64,000 bases of DNA from Patescibacteria group bacterium (GTDB lineage: Bacteria > Patescibacteriota > Microgenomatia > UBA10105 > UBA927). Shown here one piece after another: positions 8,769 through 20,139 of this stretch. The stretch is taken from the NCBI GenBank assembly GCA_038062795.1, contig JBBTWM010000033.1:5615-69614 (forward strand), read 5' to 3'. Under the pieces are notes generated by a model, which was not told the DNA's origin, made no database searches, and saw only the letters and a list, made by a program, of their open reading frames with translations. Position 1 is the stretch's first letter. Each line of letters starts with the position of its first letter. Both the position numbers and the translations under genes were made by a program.

Positions 8769-11021
8769 ATGAAGCACCTACGCACATGGGGATGGCTGGC
8801 GGCATTTATTCTTCTGGTTGCAGGATTTTTTTATCAGACAATTTTGTATCAAAAACTTCCCGTGCCATCAGATACGCTGGTCGGGCTGTATCACCCGTGG
8901 CGTGATGCCTTTGCCCGGGATTATCCCCGCGGTATTCCCTTCAAAAATTTTCTTATTACCGATCCGATACGCCAACAAATTCCCTGGAGAAAAATCGTTA
9001 TTGATTCCTGGAAAGCGGGGACGCGTCCGGGATGGAATCCGTATTCGTTTGCCGGCGTGCCGCTCGATGCCAATAACCAGGCGGCCCCGTATTATCCCCT
9101 GAACATATTGTTTTTCCTTTTTGAATTTCCGGTTGCCTGGACACTCCTTATCATGCTCCAGCCGATGCTTGCGGGCACTTTTTTCTATCTCTACGTCAGA
9201 CGCCTTAATATTTCAGCTCTGTCAGCTTTTACCGGAGCGGTTGTGTGGTCGTTTAGCGGGTTTGCTTTATCCTGGCTTACGTGGGGAACAATCATGCATA
9301 CCGCGCTCTGGCTGCCACTGGTGTTGCTTGGTATAGACATGCTTTCGGAACGGAAAAAATCACATGCCTACTATATCCGATGGAGCGCGATACTGTCTTT
9401 CGCCGTTACCATGACCCTGTTGGGGGGACATATACAGGTAGCGGTGTATGTTCTGTTTTTTAGCGCGGTTTATTCCTATAGGAAATGGAAACAGATAACG
9501 GATCGGCCGGTATTCCGGTGGATTCTGATGAGTATCGGAGTAGTGGGCATGATAACCGCGATACAATGGCTTCCATTTGTCCGGTATTTGGCAGAGTCGG
9601 GCCGCGTAGCCGCAGCAGAGTCATGGAAGACTGCCGGATGGTTTTTGCCGTGGCAGCACCTCATACAATTTATCGCTCCGGATTTTTTCGGCAATCCGGC
9701 GACGTTAAATTATTGGGGTGTATGGAATTACGGGGAATTTATAGGCTACATCGGTGCCATACCGTTGTTATTTGCAATCAGTGCTATAGGGGGTGCCGGC
9801 GCGCCGGGTTTTTTTGCGGTAGCTACCGCGGTGAGTTTGATTTTTATGCTACCAAGTCCTTTTAGCAAACTTCCTTTCGAACTCCATATCCCGATTGTAT
9901 CAGTGCTCCAGCCTACCAGGCTTATGGTACTCGTTGATTTTTCATTGGCTGTGTTAGTTTCGTTCGGGATCGATCAGTTACGGAAAGGAAACACAAAGCG
10001 ACTATACAAAAGCATAATTTTCTATGGGATTGGACTTGTTGTGTTGTGGGTTGTCGCATCGGGCGTCCGTTTCGTTTCGCAAAACGGTACTTTATTGGAG
10101 AATTTTGCGGTAGCCAGACGTAATTTAGTCATTCCGACGGCACTTTTTGCCGGAATGATACTTTGGCTGGGTGTTTTTCGGGCGACAAAACTTCTGCGAT
10201 GGCGGCAAGCCTGGGTAGTCGTACTTATTGGCATGGTCGTGTTTGACCTGTTCCGTTTTGGGTGGAAATATACGCCGTTTACACCCCGGGCATATTTTTT
10301 CCCGACAACAAAAATTATTGGTTTTCTCCAAAGCCAAAGCAAACCGTTCCGGGTGATGTCGTTGGACGACCGGATACTTCCTCCCAATGTCAGCGGATAT
10401 TATGGCATAGAGTCGATCGAAGGATATGACCCCATCGCACCACTGCGTTATGAAAATTTCCTCGTGGCAAGCGAGCGGGGTACGTCTGATATTGCCCGGC
10501 CAACCGGGTTTAACCGGATTTATACGGCCCACAATATTGACTCGTTACTTCTGCCGTATTTTAATGTCCGGTTCGTGCTTTCGCTTACGGATATGGATAA
10601 GCCGTTTCTGCGGCTTGTCATGAGAGAGGGGGAGACCCGCGTGTATGAATATACCCGTGTATTGCCCCGTGCCTATTTGGCGGATGCTACCATGGTTTCA
10701 AAAAATCCGACCGACGCGTTATCAATACTTTTTGCAGATACGGATTCATTGCTGGGCGTATATGACGGAAAGCCTGCTCTTATGAATATCCCGCTGTCAG
10801 GGGATGAAACTGTTGAGATTACAGAGTATGCACCCGGTGAAATTCGGCTTAACGTAACAACGATGAGCAGGCGGTTGCTGGTGATTCTTAACCGGTATGA
10901 TAGCCGTTGGTCAGCAATGATAGACGGAAAAGTGCCATCTACCCTATTTCCGGTTAACTACCTCTTTATGGGGCTTGCAGTACCGGGCGGAACGCACGAT
11001 GTAGTATTATCCTATCATTGA
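8769..11021 (+). CDS. YfhO-family GT-C membrane glycosyltransferase
   Basis: TDPIRQQIPW, GWNPYSFAG, GGHIQ, PDFFGNP, IEGYDP; paralog of 5397; start moved to ATG 8769. Confidence 0.85.
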   Translation: MKHLRTWGWLAAFILLVAGFFYQTILYQKLPVPSDTLVGLYHPWRDAFARDYPRGIPFKNFLITDPIRQQIPWRKIVIDSWKAGTRPGWNPYSFAGVPLDANNQAAPYYPLNILFFLFEFPVAWTLLIMLQPMLAGTFFYLYVRRLNISALSAFTGAVVWSFSGFALSWLTWGTIMHTALWLPLVLLGIDMLSERKKSHAYYIRWSAILSFAVTMTLLGGHIQVAVYVLFFSAVYSYRKWKQITDRPVFRWILMSIGVVGMITAIQWLPFVRYLAESGRVAAAESWKTAGWFLPWQHLIQFIAPDFFGNPATLNYWGVWNYGEFIGYIGAIPLLFAISAIGGAGAPGFFAVATAVSLIFMLPSPFSKLPFELHIPIVSVLQPTRLMVLVDFSLAVLVSFGIDQLRKGNTKRLYKSIIFYGIGLVVLWVVASGVRFVSQNGTLLENFAVARRNLVIPTALFAGMILWLGVFRATKLLRWRQAWVVVLIGMVVFDLFRFGWKYTPFTPRAYFFPTTKIIGFLQSQSKPFRVMSLDDRILPPNVSGYYGIESIEGYDPIAPLRYENFLVASERGTSDIARPTGFNRIYTAHNIDSLLLPYFNVRFVLSLTDMDKPFLRLVMREGETRVYEYTRVLPRAYLADATMVSKNPTDALSILFADTDSLLGVYDGKPALMNIPLSGDETVEITEYAPGEIRLNVTTMSRRLLVILNRYDSRWSAMIDGKVPSTLFPVNYLFMGLAVPGGTHDVVLSYH

Positions 11022-11036
11022 GGCGTCGTAATTTTT

Positions 11037-11957
11037 ATGAATACGCATTCATTTTCTGTAAGTATTGTGATACCCAACTGGAACGGTAAGCATTTGCTTG
11101 AGAAAAATCTACCTTCAATTTTTGCCGCCGCACCACGGGCCGAAGTCATCCTCGCCGATGATGCCTCGCAAGACGGATCAGTAGCATTGGTGAAAGAAAA
11201 ATATCCGGGTGTCGTCATTGTCGAAAATAAGCACCGAAAGGGTTTTGCCGGCAATGTGAATAGCGGGGTCGCCCGTGCGACAGGGGAAATTGTCGTACTT
11301 CTCAATACCGATGTGCGGCCTGAACGGGGATTTCTTGACCCGCTTCTGTCGCGATTTTCCGACGATCCGATGGTTGCGGGAGTCGGATGCCTCGAAAAGA
11401 GTCATGATCTACATGGAGTCGTGCTTCGGGGCAGGGGCATCGCCCGATGGGAAAAGGGGTACTTTATCCATCGGCGGGGGGATGTAGACTCGAACGATAC
11501 CGCTTGGGTATCAGGTGGAAGTGGCGCCTTCCGTCTGAGCGTATGGAAGAAACTGGGCGGCATGGATACGCTGTATAACCCGTTTTATTGGGAAGATATA
11601 GATTTTTCATATCAATTACTCAAATCGGGATACCGGATTGTGTTTGAAAAGCAAAGTGTGGTCGGGCACTTTCATGAAGAGGGTAAGATAAAAACATCAT
11701 ATTCGCCGGAAGATATTAAACGGATTGCCTATAGAAACCAGTTTATTTTTCTTTGGAAAAATATCTCTGATCCGGATATATGGGTTACCCATCTGTTATG
11801 GACGCCAATACGCCTGTTTCAGGCGTTATTCAACAAGGATTGGCGTATGATTGAAGGATACGGTATGGCGCTGGTTACATTACCTGCTATACTTCTATCC
11901 CGTATGCGGGCCGCAGAGCATTGGTGCCGAAAAGATGCAGTACTGTTCACTTTATAA
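11037..11957 (+). CDS. GT2 glycosyltransferase
   Basis: SIVIPNWNG, DDASQD, LLNTD, YWEDID. Confidence 0.9.
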   Translation: MNTHSFSVSIVIPNWNGKHLLEKNLPSIFAAAPRAEVILADDASQDGSVALVKEKYPGVVIVENKHRKGFAGNVNSGVARATGEIVVLLNTDVRPERGFLDPLLSRFSDDPMVAGVGCLEKSHDLHGVVLRGRGIARWEKGYFIHRRGDVDSNDTAWVSGGSGAFRLSVWKKLGGMDTLYNPFYWEDIDFSYQLLKSGYRIVFEKQSVVGHFHEEGKIKTSYSPEDIKRIAYRNQFIFLWKNISDPDIWVTHLLWTPIRLFQALFNKDWRMIEGYGMALVTLPAILLSRMRAAEHWCRKDAVLFTL

Positions 11958-11969
11958 TATTTTCCCCCT

Positions 11970-12833
11970 ATGCGATGCCTCCTTTGCCGGATACCACTAG
12001 AAAAATACCTGCACAAAAACGGATTTTGGATTTACCGGTGTCCCACATGCCATTTGTGTGAAACGGATCTGAAGCGGGAATATACCGCGTTTGTAAAAGA
12101 ATTTTATTCCCGGGGATATTACGAAGGCGATCCGACGCGGAGTGCGTATGCGGATTATGAGCTTGATAAACCGCTCATTGTGCGTAACATGCAGAAATTT
12201 CTTTCGTTTATCGGCAAAATAAAGCCGAAAGGAGTGTTATTAGATGTCGGATGCGCATTCGGGTATGTTGTGGAACTTTCCCTCAAACGTGGCTATGATG
12301 CATACGGCTTTGATCCCTCGACCTTCGCAGCAGGTAAAGCAGGCAAACTGGTCGGTACGGATCGGATTCAGGAAGGAACGATTCAGGATGCCGAGTATCC
12401 GAAAGCAAGCTTTGATGTCATCACGATGTTTGACGTTTTTGAGCACCTGCAGGATCCTTTTGCCGATATGAAGAAGTTGGAGGCGCTTTTGAAACCCGAT
12501 GGAATAATAATTATCGCAACCGGAGATACGCAAAGCACGGCTGCTAAGGTTCTGAAACGGAGATGGACGTTTTTTATTCCGCCGCAGCATATATTCTTTT
12601 TTCACCGGAAAAATGTAACGACGCTCCTCCGGCAAGCAGGGCTGAAACCCATAAAATGGTACAGAGTAGGCAAATGGCTGAGCCTCGGGTATGTGCTGCA
12701 TCTTGCCCGTACTACCGGAGAGAGTCCTATCGCATCCTGGATATATAATCTCATCCGGCATACGCCATTGATGCGCCTTCCGCTGTATATCCCCATGAAA
12801 GACAATATGGTAATCCTCGCGGAAAAACTCTAG
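11970..12833 (+). CDS. Class I SAM-dependent methyltransferase with N-terminal Cys4 knuckle
   Basis: CLLC...CPTC; LLDVGCAFG motif I; FDVITMFDVFEHL. Confidence 0.85.
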   Translation: MRCLLCRIPLEKYLHKNGFWIYRCPTCHLCETDLKREYTAFVKEFYSRGYYEGDPTRSAYADYELDKPLIVRNMQKFLSFIGKIKPKGVLLDVGCAFGYVVELSLKRGYDAYGFDPSTFAAGKAGKLVGTDRIQEGTIQDAEYPKASFDVITMFDVFEHLQDPFADMKKLEALLKPDGIIIIATGDTQSTAAKVLKRRWTFFIPPQHIFFFHRKNVTTLLRQAGLKPIKWYRVGKWLSLGYVLHLARTTGESPIASWIYNLIRHTPLMRLPLYIPMKDNMVILAEKL

Positions 12834-12890
12834 GATGGTCACTCCTATTCTCATTGGGGATACAATTCGTGATAGTATTAAGAAGAATTT

Positions 12891-14600
12891 ATGATTATCT
12901 GGTTGAAACGGCACAGGAAAGCCTTATTTATTTTTTCTCTCCTCCTTGTCCTTTTTGTTACGAACGCATTCCATGAGAAATACCCTGATGAGTTCGATAG
13001 CATCGTCGGCGGCAGATATATCACCGAGGGCAAACTTCCGTACAGAGATTGGTTTCAACATCATCAACCCGGAGCGTATGTCATGGCGGCGGGAGTGCTG
13101 TCGTTTGCAGGCCAGTCGTTTGTAAAATTCCGTATCGGCTGGGAAATCGCGTTATATGCGCTGCTTGTCGGTTCTTATCTGCTGCTTTCCCGTCGGCTTC
13201 CCAAGAGAAATTTGTCCTTCTATGTAGTGCTTTTGTTCGTCATTGGGCTTTCGGGCACGTATTTTTGGGGAAATATGCTGCTTGCGGACACGTTAGCCGG
13301 GTATTTTATCTTGCCTGCTTTTTCGCTCCTGTTCCTTAAAGATTATTATAAAGAGAAGTTTGAGGCGAAAGATCTCATGATCGTCGGCTGGTTTGCATTT
13401 CTTTCATGGTTTACCTCCATGACGTATATATTTATCGTTGCAGCCATATCGGCGTACGCGTTGTATCTTTTTATGGCGACAAATACAAGCAAAAAATTTA
13501 CCGCAAAATTATTTACCGGAGGTGCAATCCTCGCAGCACCTTATATTCTTTTTGCACTATATTTGCTTGTCACCGGAAGCATTCAGGATTATTACTGGGC
13601 AAACGTGGTCTATAACACCAATTATTATATATACAATTATCCGCACGCTCCGGGCACACCGATTAATCCTATTCGATATGCCGCCGTCATTATTGATACC
13701 TTTATCAATAATTACTTACCGGCATTGTGGGGTATCGCGGGGTTTCCGATCAGCAGCCCCGTGCAGGTAACGCTGGCATTTTCCAACGCCGTAGCAATCT
13801 CACTTGTGATGCTTCGTGGCCGCTGGCTCTTCTTGTTTCCTTTGCTTGCGACGCTTATTTTTTCCAACGCCAGAAGCAACCCGCAGTCTATCAGAGAAAC
13901 TGACTACCAGGCGTTCGTTTACATAATAACATCCATGTTTAACGGTCTGTTCTCTCTATGGGTCGTAAAAGAAATGCTGGATGAAGAAAAACTTACGTAT
14001 TCGAAAAAAGCAGCACTGTCCGTTTTATATATCACATTACTTCTTTACTGGATTGCTACGCCGATATATTTTGCTATGAAGATGGAGCAAAAGTTTTTCC
14101 CTAAGTACATGGGGACTGCACCGATAATCTATAACCGACCCCAAATTGCACAGTATGTGAACGCGTTGGTTTCACCTGAGGACTATGTGTTTATCGGCCC
14201 GTTTGATTTTGAGGAATTATTTTACCTCAACACCAAGCGCCAGCCAAGCCGGTATCACTGGTTTTTAAATCACGCCGCGACATCGAAGATAAAAGACGAG
14301 TTGATAGCCGATCTTACGAAGAACCGCCCGAAGGTCATCGTTTTTCAGCGGGGATTTGCCCCGTGGGGCGGGGATGCATCCACGTATAACTGGTGGATGA
14401 CGGATTTTCTTGACGCGAACTACTTCAGGTTGTTTAAACTCAATGAAACCCTGACGGACCGGCAGTACCGGTGGAAACTGGATAATACTATTAATTTTGA
14501 TATAGACGGTACGTTTAATTTCGACAAACAGCACCAGGAAGAAATTCTTGAAAAATTACTAACGCTCGGGTATATCGAAGAGTTACCTAAACAGAAATAG
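12891..14600 (+). CDS. GT-C fold membrane glycosyltransferase-like protein
   Basis: TM1 followed by YPDE acidic motif and LPYRDWFQHHQPG; multiple TMs; soluble C-terminal domain; paralog of 60939. Confidence 0.7.
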   Translation: MIIWLKRHRKALFIFSLLLVLFVTNAFHEKYPDEFDSIVGGRYITEGKLPYRDWFQHHQPGAYVMAAGVLSFAGQSFVKFRIGWEIALYALLVGSYLLLSRRLPKRNLSFYVVLLFVIGLSGTYFWGNMLLADTLAGYFILPAFSLLFLKDYYKEKFEAKDLMIVGWFAFLSWFTSMTYIFIVAAISAYALYLFMATNTSKKFTAKLFTGGAILAAPYILFALYLLVTGSIQDYYWANVVYNTNYYIYNYPHAPGTPINPIRYAAVIIDTFINNYLPALWGIAGFPISSPVQVTLAFSNAVAISLVMLRGRWLFLFPLLATLIFSNARSNPQSIRETDYQAFVYIITSMFNGLFSLWVVKEMLDEEKLTYSKKAALSVLYITLLLYWIATPIYFAMKMEQKFFPKYMGTAPIIYNRPQIAQYVNALVSPEDYVFIGPFDFEELFYLNTKRQPSRYHWFLNHAATSKIKDELIADLTKNRPKVIVFQRGFAPWGGDASTYNWWMTDFLDANYFRLFKLNETLTDRQYRWKLDNTINFDIDGTFNFDKQHQEEILEKLLTLGYIEELPKQK

Positions 14601-14628
14601 AGAACTGCATTACGGGCATGTATTTCCG

Positions 14629-16299
14629 TTATTTAACGGATGCTGCGATAAATACTGCAGGTGCGTGGCGCCCGGAAATAGTATCAATATACCGGTACTG
14701 CTGCTGATTGTGCTCAAATTCCGGACGGGCAAGGATAAAGAGAGTACGCTCCGGCGTTGATACGATCAGTTGTTTGGGGTCGTATGAGGAGTTATAGAGA
14801 AATATATCATTGTTATCCCACTCAGCGCCGGTGAATAGATATTTTCCCCACCCTGACCGGGAACCGCCGCGTTGATAGATAGCAGGATCAACCTTGTTCC
14901 AATAAAGCATAAAAATATACGGGCGCCAGTAATACCCGGAGATAACAACGCGGTCATACAGAGATTCGTGGTTTCTGACGTAGGTAATCATCTGTTCGTA
15001 TCCATCCCCGAATGCCAGCGCATTCCGTGTCGGGTTGACCACAAAGTATGATTGATAGAATGCATAGAGGAAAAATATCAAAAGTAAACCAAACGATACA
15101 ATGCCGTACCATATGCGTTTGCGCGCCTCGATTGATGTCATGATCTCAATGGCTCCGAGTCCTGAACAAATAGAGAAAAACGGTGCTGCCAGCAGTGTAC
15201 GGAGCGCATTCGGCTGATTAGTGCTGAGTGCTCCGGGAAGAAACGCGGCAAGAAACCACATAACGAGCAGCCACTTACCCGGTGCTGCCATGGTGATAAG
15301 AAAAAATGCACCGACAAAAATTAACGGTATTTCAAACGGGTGCTGCAGCCCATAGGTTGAGGTTCCGCTGGAAAATACATGAAGCGGCGAAATATTTTTC
15401 CAGTAATTGTCCAAAGCGGTCATAACCAGGGCTGTTTTTTGGTTAAAGAATACCTTTCGTGTCATGTCGGGATGCTTGGCGTATATGCCGATAAATGTGT
15501 CTTTCCACTTGTAGTAATTCGGATCCCGGATGATACTTACAATGGACACGCGTTCCAGTCCACCCGGCGTGAACATCTGGCTGCCGATTGGTATCAAGGT
15601 TATGACAAAGAGAAAAATTGACAGTAGAACGGTCAATTTGTTTGCCATCAGCTGCTTTTTGTTGATCAGTAGGTACGCGAGTACCACGAATGGGATTACA
15701 AGCCGCACGGAATAGTAAAAATAGACAGAAATGCCCAGCAGCAGAGCGGCAAGCGGCAGAAATCGAATTTTCCGTAACGAAAGAAGCAGTACGTATGTGG
15801 CCAGGCTCAGGAAAAACAGCGCTCCGTTGGATTCAAATAATTGTCTTGAGAAATTGATATGCCACGGCGAAATAGCAAAGAAAAATGCAGAGGCCAATGC
15901 GTAGGCATCAGGGGCATGCATGCGGCGTTTGCCTTCGCTGACAGGATAATTACGGAATAATTCGTATATGAGAAGGTATACCAAAAGAATAGTGAGGGAT
16001 CCCAAAAAGGCAGATGTGAACCGTGCCCCCATAGCAGTAGTCCCGAACACTGCGACTGCGGGTATGGTGCTATAGACCATGCCGGGCAGTTTATAATCAT
16101 CAAACGATTTAAACAGCAGAGGAAAAGGCACCCCGTATTCATCTTTGCCGGTTTTTAAAATTGAATAGGCATTGTAAGTGATGGCGGTTTCGTCGTGAGA
16201 TAGAGATGGAGGAACGGTTGTGATCCGGTAAAATCGTAATACTGTTCCCAATGCAATAATGGCCAGGAGAAATAGATAGGTGAGATGTATCCGTTTCAT
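14629..16299 (-). CDS. ArnT/PMT-like (GT83/GT39) GT-C glycosyltransferase
   Basis: LRFY..PPSLSHDETAITYNAYSILKTGKDEYG..FDDYKLP, ISPWHINFSR. Confidence 0.85.
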   Translation of the reverse strand: MKRIHLTYLFLLAIIALGTVLRFYRITTVPPSLSHDETAITYNAYSILKTGKDEYGVPFPLLFKSFDDYKLPGMVYSTIPAVAVFGTTAMGARFTSAFLGSLTILLVYLLIYELFRNYPVSEGKRRMHAPDAYALASAFFFAISPWHINFSRQLFESNGALFFLSLATYVLLLSLRKIRFLPLAALLLGISVYFYYSVRLVIPFVVLAYLLINKKQLMANKLTVLLSIFLFVITLIPIGSQMFTPGGLERVSIVSIIRDPNYYKWKDTFIGIYAKHPDMTRKVFFNQKTALVMTALDNYWKNISPLHVFSSGTSTYGLQHPFEIPLIFVGAFFLITMAAPGKWLLVMWFLAAFLPGALSTNQPNALRTLLAAPFFSICSGLGAIEIMTSIEARKRIWYGIVSFGLLLIFFLYAFYQSYFVVNPTRNALAFGDGYEQMITYVRNHESLYDRVVISGYYWRPYIFMLYWNKVDPAIYQRGGSRSGWGKYLFTGAEWDNNDIFLYNSSYDPKQLIVSTPERTLFILARPEFEHNQQQYRYIDTISGRHAPAVFIAASVK

Positions 16300-16302
16300 A
16301 GA

Positions 16303-17937
16303 TTATTTGTCTGTATCTACAACTACAAATTCCGTTGTTTCGTCCGGCAGTCTGATCGTTGAGATTATTTTTGGCTCAAGTCCCCTGGGTAGCTCTTCGG
16401 AGCGTGCTATGAGCAGCGTATTACGGCGGGCAAGATCCTGATTCCAGTCGATAGCCCTAAATGAAAATCTTCCGAAACCGGCAACGTCGGTAAATCCGTC
16501 GTTTGATATGGGATACCGTACCGCTTCTGCTTGGTAATCCCCGGGTGCATAAGCGCTATAGAAAAGCAGAAAGATGTATGGTGATTGTTGCGGGTAGGTC
16601 ATGATGACCTTTTTTGGTGTATGTTCCGGAGTAAAAAGTAGAGGAACTAATTTTTTGTATGCATATCCCCAGTTGACCGCTTCGTTTTTCGGAAAGTGCG
16701 TAAAGTACAGATCGAGATAATAACTTAAGGAAGCAAGGTAGCCCAGTATCAGTATTGCCGCGATGATCTTTTTGGCTTTTGCGCCGCTATTCGCGTAAAG
16801 CATCCTGATGCCTGCCGCTATGGTTATAGCAAGAGCAGGGACGACTGCGAGCATGCGGTTGCTGTGGGGTGCATCCTTGGTGATGGCCGCAGCAATCCCG
16901 CCAATAGCAATCCACCAGAGAATAAATTTTACTTCTTTTTTCCTGAACAAACCGATGAGGTAGGTTACCCCAAGGACAAGAAGCAAAGCGTCGACCGGAT
17001 GCAGGTTGCCGAAGCCTTGGATGTTATGTGCTTTATTTCCTCCTCCCTTGATAAAGAGAAAGTCCGGCCCGTACGATTTGAGATAGTTTTGGAATACGGT
17101 TGTTATCGTATAGGTTAGCCGGTTATGGACAAGACGAGCCGTGAGTGAATTGGGATTATCATGGGCGAGTCTGGGAAGTTCAATTTGATTATGCACAACT
17201 GTGGGGTCGCCGAAAATGCTGATGCCGCCGATTTTGGTGTGGTCGGCCGTAAATGTCACGGTAAGAATGATGAGTGTGATGAGCGCTCCCAAGCCAACGG
17301 CGGTCCACCACCTGGGGATTTTTGTAATATCATCGCGGTATATTCCGGCAAGACCTAATACCAGCAACGAAGTAAATACATGATTGCCATGATAGGTATA
17401 GTACGTCGCAGCAAACAAAACAGCAGAAAATATAAGATTGCGTAATGATTTTTTCTTCAGGGCGCTCAGAAAATATACGGATCCCATGATGGTAAAAAAG
17501 ACGGCAACAATTGCTTCCGACTCTACGCGGGAGATGTGGATGTGCCAGGGCATAAGGGCAAGCGAGAGCGCGCTAAGCAACGCGATAGTTTCTGAAGCAA
17601 ATACTATATGAGCCAGAAAATATATGGCGGCAACCGAAGCAACACCGGCAAGCGCGGAAGGAAGGCGAACCGCCAACTCCGAAAGCCCGAAAATTTTTAC
17701 GAATGGAATCGTCGTATAGATGTAGAGCGGCAATTTCCAGTCTCCGAACGATTCGAAAGACAGTGGAAGCAGTTTCCCGTATTCGTCGCGTCCCGTCGTC
17801 ATAAGGGAGTATGCCGTCACTCCGATAGACGCTTCGTCCCGGTTAACACCGGGCGGGACGTCGGTCAGACGATACAATCTGAGCATCGCGGCCACCGTTA
17901 CAATACCGATTAACAATAATTTGGTTTGCCTGCTCAT
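16303..17937 (-). CDS. ArnT/PMT-like GT-C glycosyltransferase
   Basis: PPGVNRDEASIGVTAYSLMTTGRDEYG..FGDWKLP, VRLPSA, PWHIHISR. Confidence 0.85.
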   Translation of the reverse strand: MSRQTKLLLIGIVTVAAMLRLYRLTDVPPGVNRDEASIGVTAYSLMTTGRDEYGKLLPLSFESFGDWKLPLYIYTTIPFVKIFGLSELAVRLPSALAGVASVAAIYFLAHIVFASETIALLSALSLALMPWHIHISRVESEAIVAVFFTIMGSVYFLSALKKKSLRNLIFSAVLFAATYYTYHGNHVFTSLLVLGLAGIYRDDITKIPRWWTAVGLGALITLIILTVTFTADHTKIGGISIFGDPTVVHNQIELPRLAHDNPNSLTARLVHNRLTYTITTVFQNYLKSYGPDFLFIKGGGNKAHNIQGFGNLHPVDALLLVLGVTYLIGLFRKKEVKFILWWIAIGGIAAAITKDAPHSNRMLAVVPALAITIAAGIRMLYANSGAKAKKIIAAILILGYLASLSYYLDLYFTHFPKNEAVNWGYAYKKLVPLLFTPEHTPKKVIMTYPQQSPYIFLLFYSAYAPGDYQAEAVRYPISNDGFTDVAGFGRFSFRAIDWNQDLARRNTLLIARSEELPRGLEPKIISTIRLPDETTEFVVVDTDK

Positions 17938-20138
17938 ACGCGTTTACGGGTAACCATAACGAGACCGATAATTGTCCCGGCTATACTTATCATACTCAAT
18001 ATTGCGCCATATGTGGCACTTTTCGGTTTATAGGTCATCGTAACGGTGTGCTTGCCTGCGGGGACAACAACGCCGCGCATGGTCCAGTTGGTGCGGATAA
18101 TGGTGGCAGGATTACCATCGATGTGTGCCTGCCAACCCGGGTAATAGGTATCGGTAAGTATAAGTGATGCTGACCGAGTGCTTTCTGTCTGTATGATGAC
18201 GTGTTCCGGTTTATACGAAAGGATGGTGGCCGTTCCGTTGTTCATATACGCGCGGGGAGATGCATGTATGTTTTCATATACAGTCCAATCTTCAAACGCA
18301 TATACTTTTTTAAAAATAGCCGGAGGGTATGTCTGTTCGCTGCTGCCGTTTTCCGTGCGGTCTAAAATATAGCGCACGCTTAATGCATTGAGAATTTTTT
18401 GCTTATTGAGGCCAGAGAGCCCGCCGTCACCGAAGTTAGATGTAATCGCCGCATCCGAGCGAGTCGCATTGTCAAATTGTTTGAGGGGAGATCCATTCCG
18501 GTAACTATAGAGGAATTCTCCATACCATTTGGGATACAAGGGATCGTACCCTTCGGGGGAATACATGCCGTACTGAGTAGCGAAGTTTGCGGCAATATTG
18601 GCAGTGCCGTATCCCCAATACCGATCCGGCGCTTTTTTGGCAAGATAGGTGATTATCGGATGAGTCGGGAATACCAACGCTTTCGGAACAAACGGATTGA
18701 ACCGGTTAAAGAAGACGAACAGATCGAGCGTATGAATTATCAATAGCAGAATTATGGCGTGTGTTCGGAATTTCGGCAGTCTGATGGCAACCCAAAATAG
18801 CCCGAGCGTTGCTGCAGAAAGCATTCCTCCGTAGATAAGCGCGCGCACCGCGATCGGAGCGTGCTCTGAAAGGAACGGGGTGATCGGGAGTTTGGTTGCG
18901 AGAAATAAAATTCCGAATCCGGCACACACATCCAGTGTTCTACGGACGAGTTTTTTGACAGAGTGCTTATCGGTCATCCAATAATCCAGTCCCAGCCCGC
19001 ACGTTATGGCAAGGGAAAACGCAAAAAGAAAAGACATGAGTGTCGGGGAGCTGGATGTGATAAGGGGGATGGGAATTCGATACAGAATTTGGGTGAGGGG
19101 ATTTGACGTGATAAGAAAAAGTGTCGCGATAGTCGCAGTTATAAACCATTTGGTAGCATCATCTTTCCTCCGTATTGCAGAAAACGAGAAGAATAACGGG
19201 ATAAGTCCTATTGTGGTTACTTTTCCGACAAACGTGTCTGCCGGCCAATACGTGCGGGTTGCAGGATTTCCGAAGATGTTAGGGAAGGGGAGAGCGAAGA
19301 GCTGCCAGGGTTGGATAAGAATTTTTGTGAACAAGTTGTTCGGATCATGCGGGCTTCGCGCGGCGTTGGCGATAAGTTCAATACCAGGAATGAGTTGAAT
19401 TCCGGCGATTCCGACGCCAAGCAACGAGAAAATAAGTACGAGCTTTTTATGTTTTGATCGAAAAAGCGCATAGATAGATGTAAAGACAAACATGTACGAG
19501 TACACTTGCGGATGCCCGGCAAAAAGCGCTGCTGCGTTGCCAACTGTAATGAGCCAAAGCCATCGATTTTCTATCGCAAGGAGGATCAAGGGCAACCACA
19601 AAATTACCTGACCGACGGTGCTGTATTCAAGCCATACCGCCATAAAACCGGAAAATCCGTAGGAGAGCGCGGCAAGCGCACTTCCCTCCGGTCTCATGCC
19701 GAGCTTTCTTGCGTACCAATAGGTAAAAAGAGCAGCGAGAAGCGGTTGCAACACGATAAGAACGGTCCATGCATTCATTTGACTCATGAAGAGGTACAAC
19801 ACGCCGAGCGGATACATGGCGGCAGTTTGAAAATTAGCAAGTAACGGGGTGCCGGAAAAATTATATGGGTTCCAAAGCGGGAGTTTTCCTTGTTTTAACG
19901 ACTCGACGGCAAGCGTTTTCCATGGATACATTTGCCGGATCGTGTCCGGATATTGTGCCTTGTTCGGAATCCCTCCCGCGCCGTATCCTAAGTAGGACGA
20001 TGAACGCCAAGGCTGGAAGTCGCTGACAAGAATATCTCCGGGGAAAGGCACTTTTCCTAAGAATACCGTTTGGTAAAAAAACAGTGAAATAACAGCGGTA
20101 AGTATTACGATGATCCAGAGCCATTCTTTGCGTGCCAT
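17934..20138 (-). CDS. YfhO-family GT-C membrane glycosyltransferase
   Basis: PDTIRQMYPW, PLWNPYNFSG, AGHPQ, EGYDP, YYPGWQA..DG; start moved to ATG 20138 (MARKEW). Confidence 0.85.
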   Translation of the reverse strand: MARKEWLWIIVILTAVISLFFYQTVFLGKVPFPGDILVSDFQPWRSSSYLGYGAGGIPNKAQYPDTIRQMYPWKTLAVESLKQGKLPLWNPYNFSGTPLLANFQTAAMYPLGVLYLFMSQMNAWTVLIVLQPLLAALFTYWYARKLGMRPEGSALAALSYGFSGFMAVWLEYSTVGQVILWLPLILLAIENRWLWLITVGNAAALFAGHPQVYSYMFVFTSIYALFRSKHKKLVLIFSLLGVGIAGIQLIPGIELIANAARSPHDPNNLFTKILIQPWQLFALPFPNIFGNPATRTYWPADTFVGKVTTIGLIPLFFSFSAIRRKDDATKWFITATIATLFLITSNPLTQILYRIPIPLITSSSPTLMSFLFAFSLAITCGLGLDYWMTDKHSVKKLVRRTLDVCAGFGILFLATKLPITPFLSEHAPIAVRALIYGGMLSAATLGLFWVAIRLPKFRTHAIILLLIIHTLDLFVFFNRFNPFVPKALVFPTHPIITYLAKKAPDRYWGYGTANIAANFATQYGMYSPEGYDPLYPKWYGEFLYSYRNGSPLKQFDNATRSDAAITSNFGDGGLSGLNKQKILNALSVRYILDRTENGSSEQTYPPAIFKKVYAFEDWTVYENIHASPRAYMNNGTATILSYKPEHVIIQTESTRSASLILTDTYYPGWQAHIDGNPATIIRTNWTMRGVVVPAGKHTVTMTYKPKSATYGAILSMISIAGTIIGLVMVTRKRV

Positions 20139-20139
20139 A

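Noticed and set aside
12240-12914. 224-aa antisense ORF
   Set aside because: Opposite the methyltransferase; no motifs; shadow ORF
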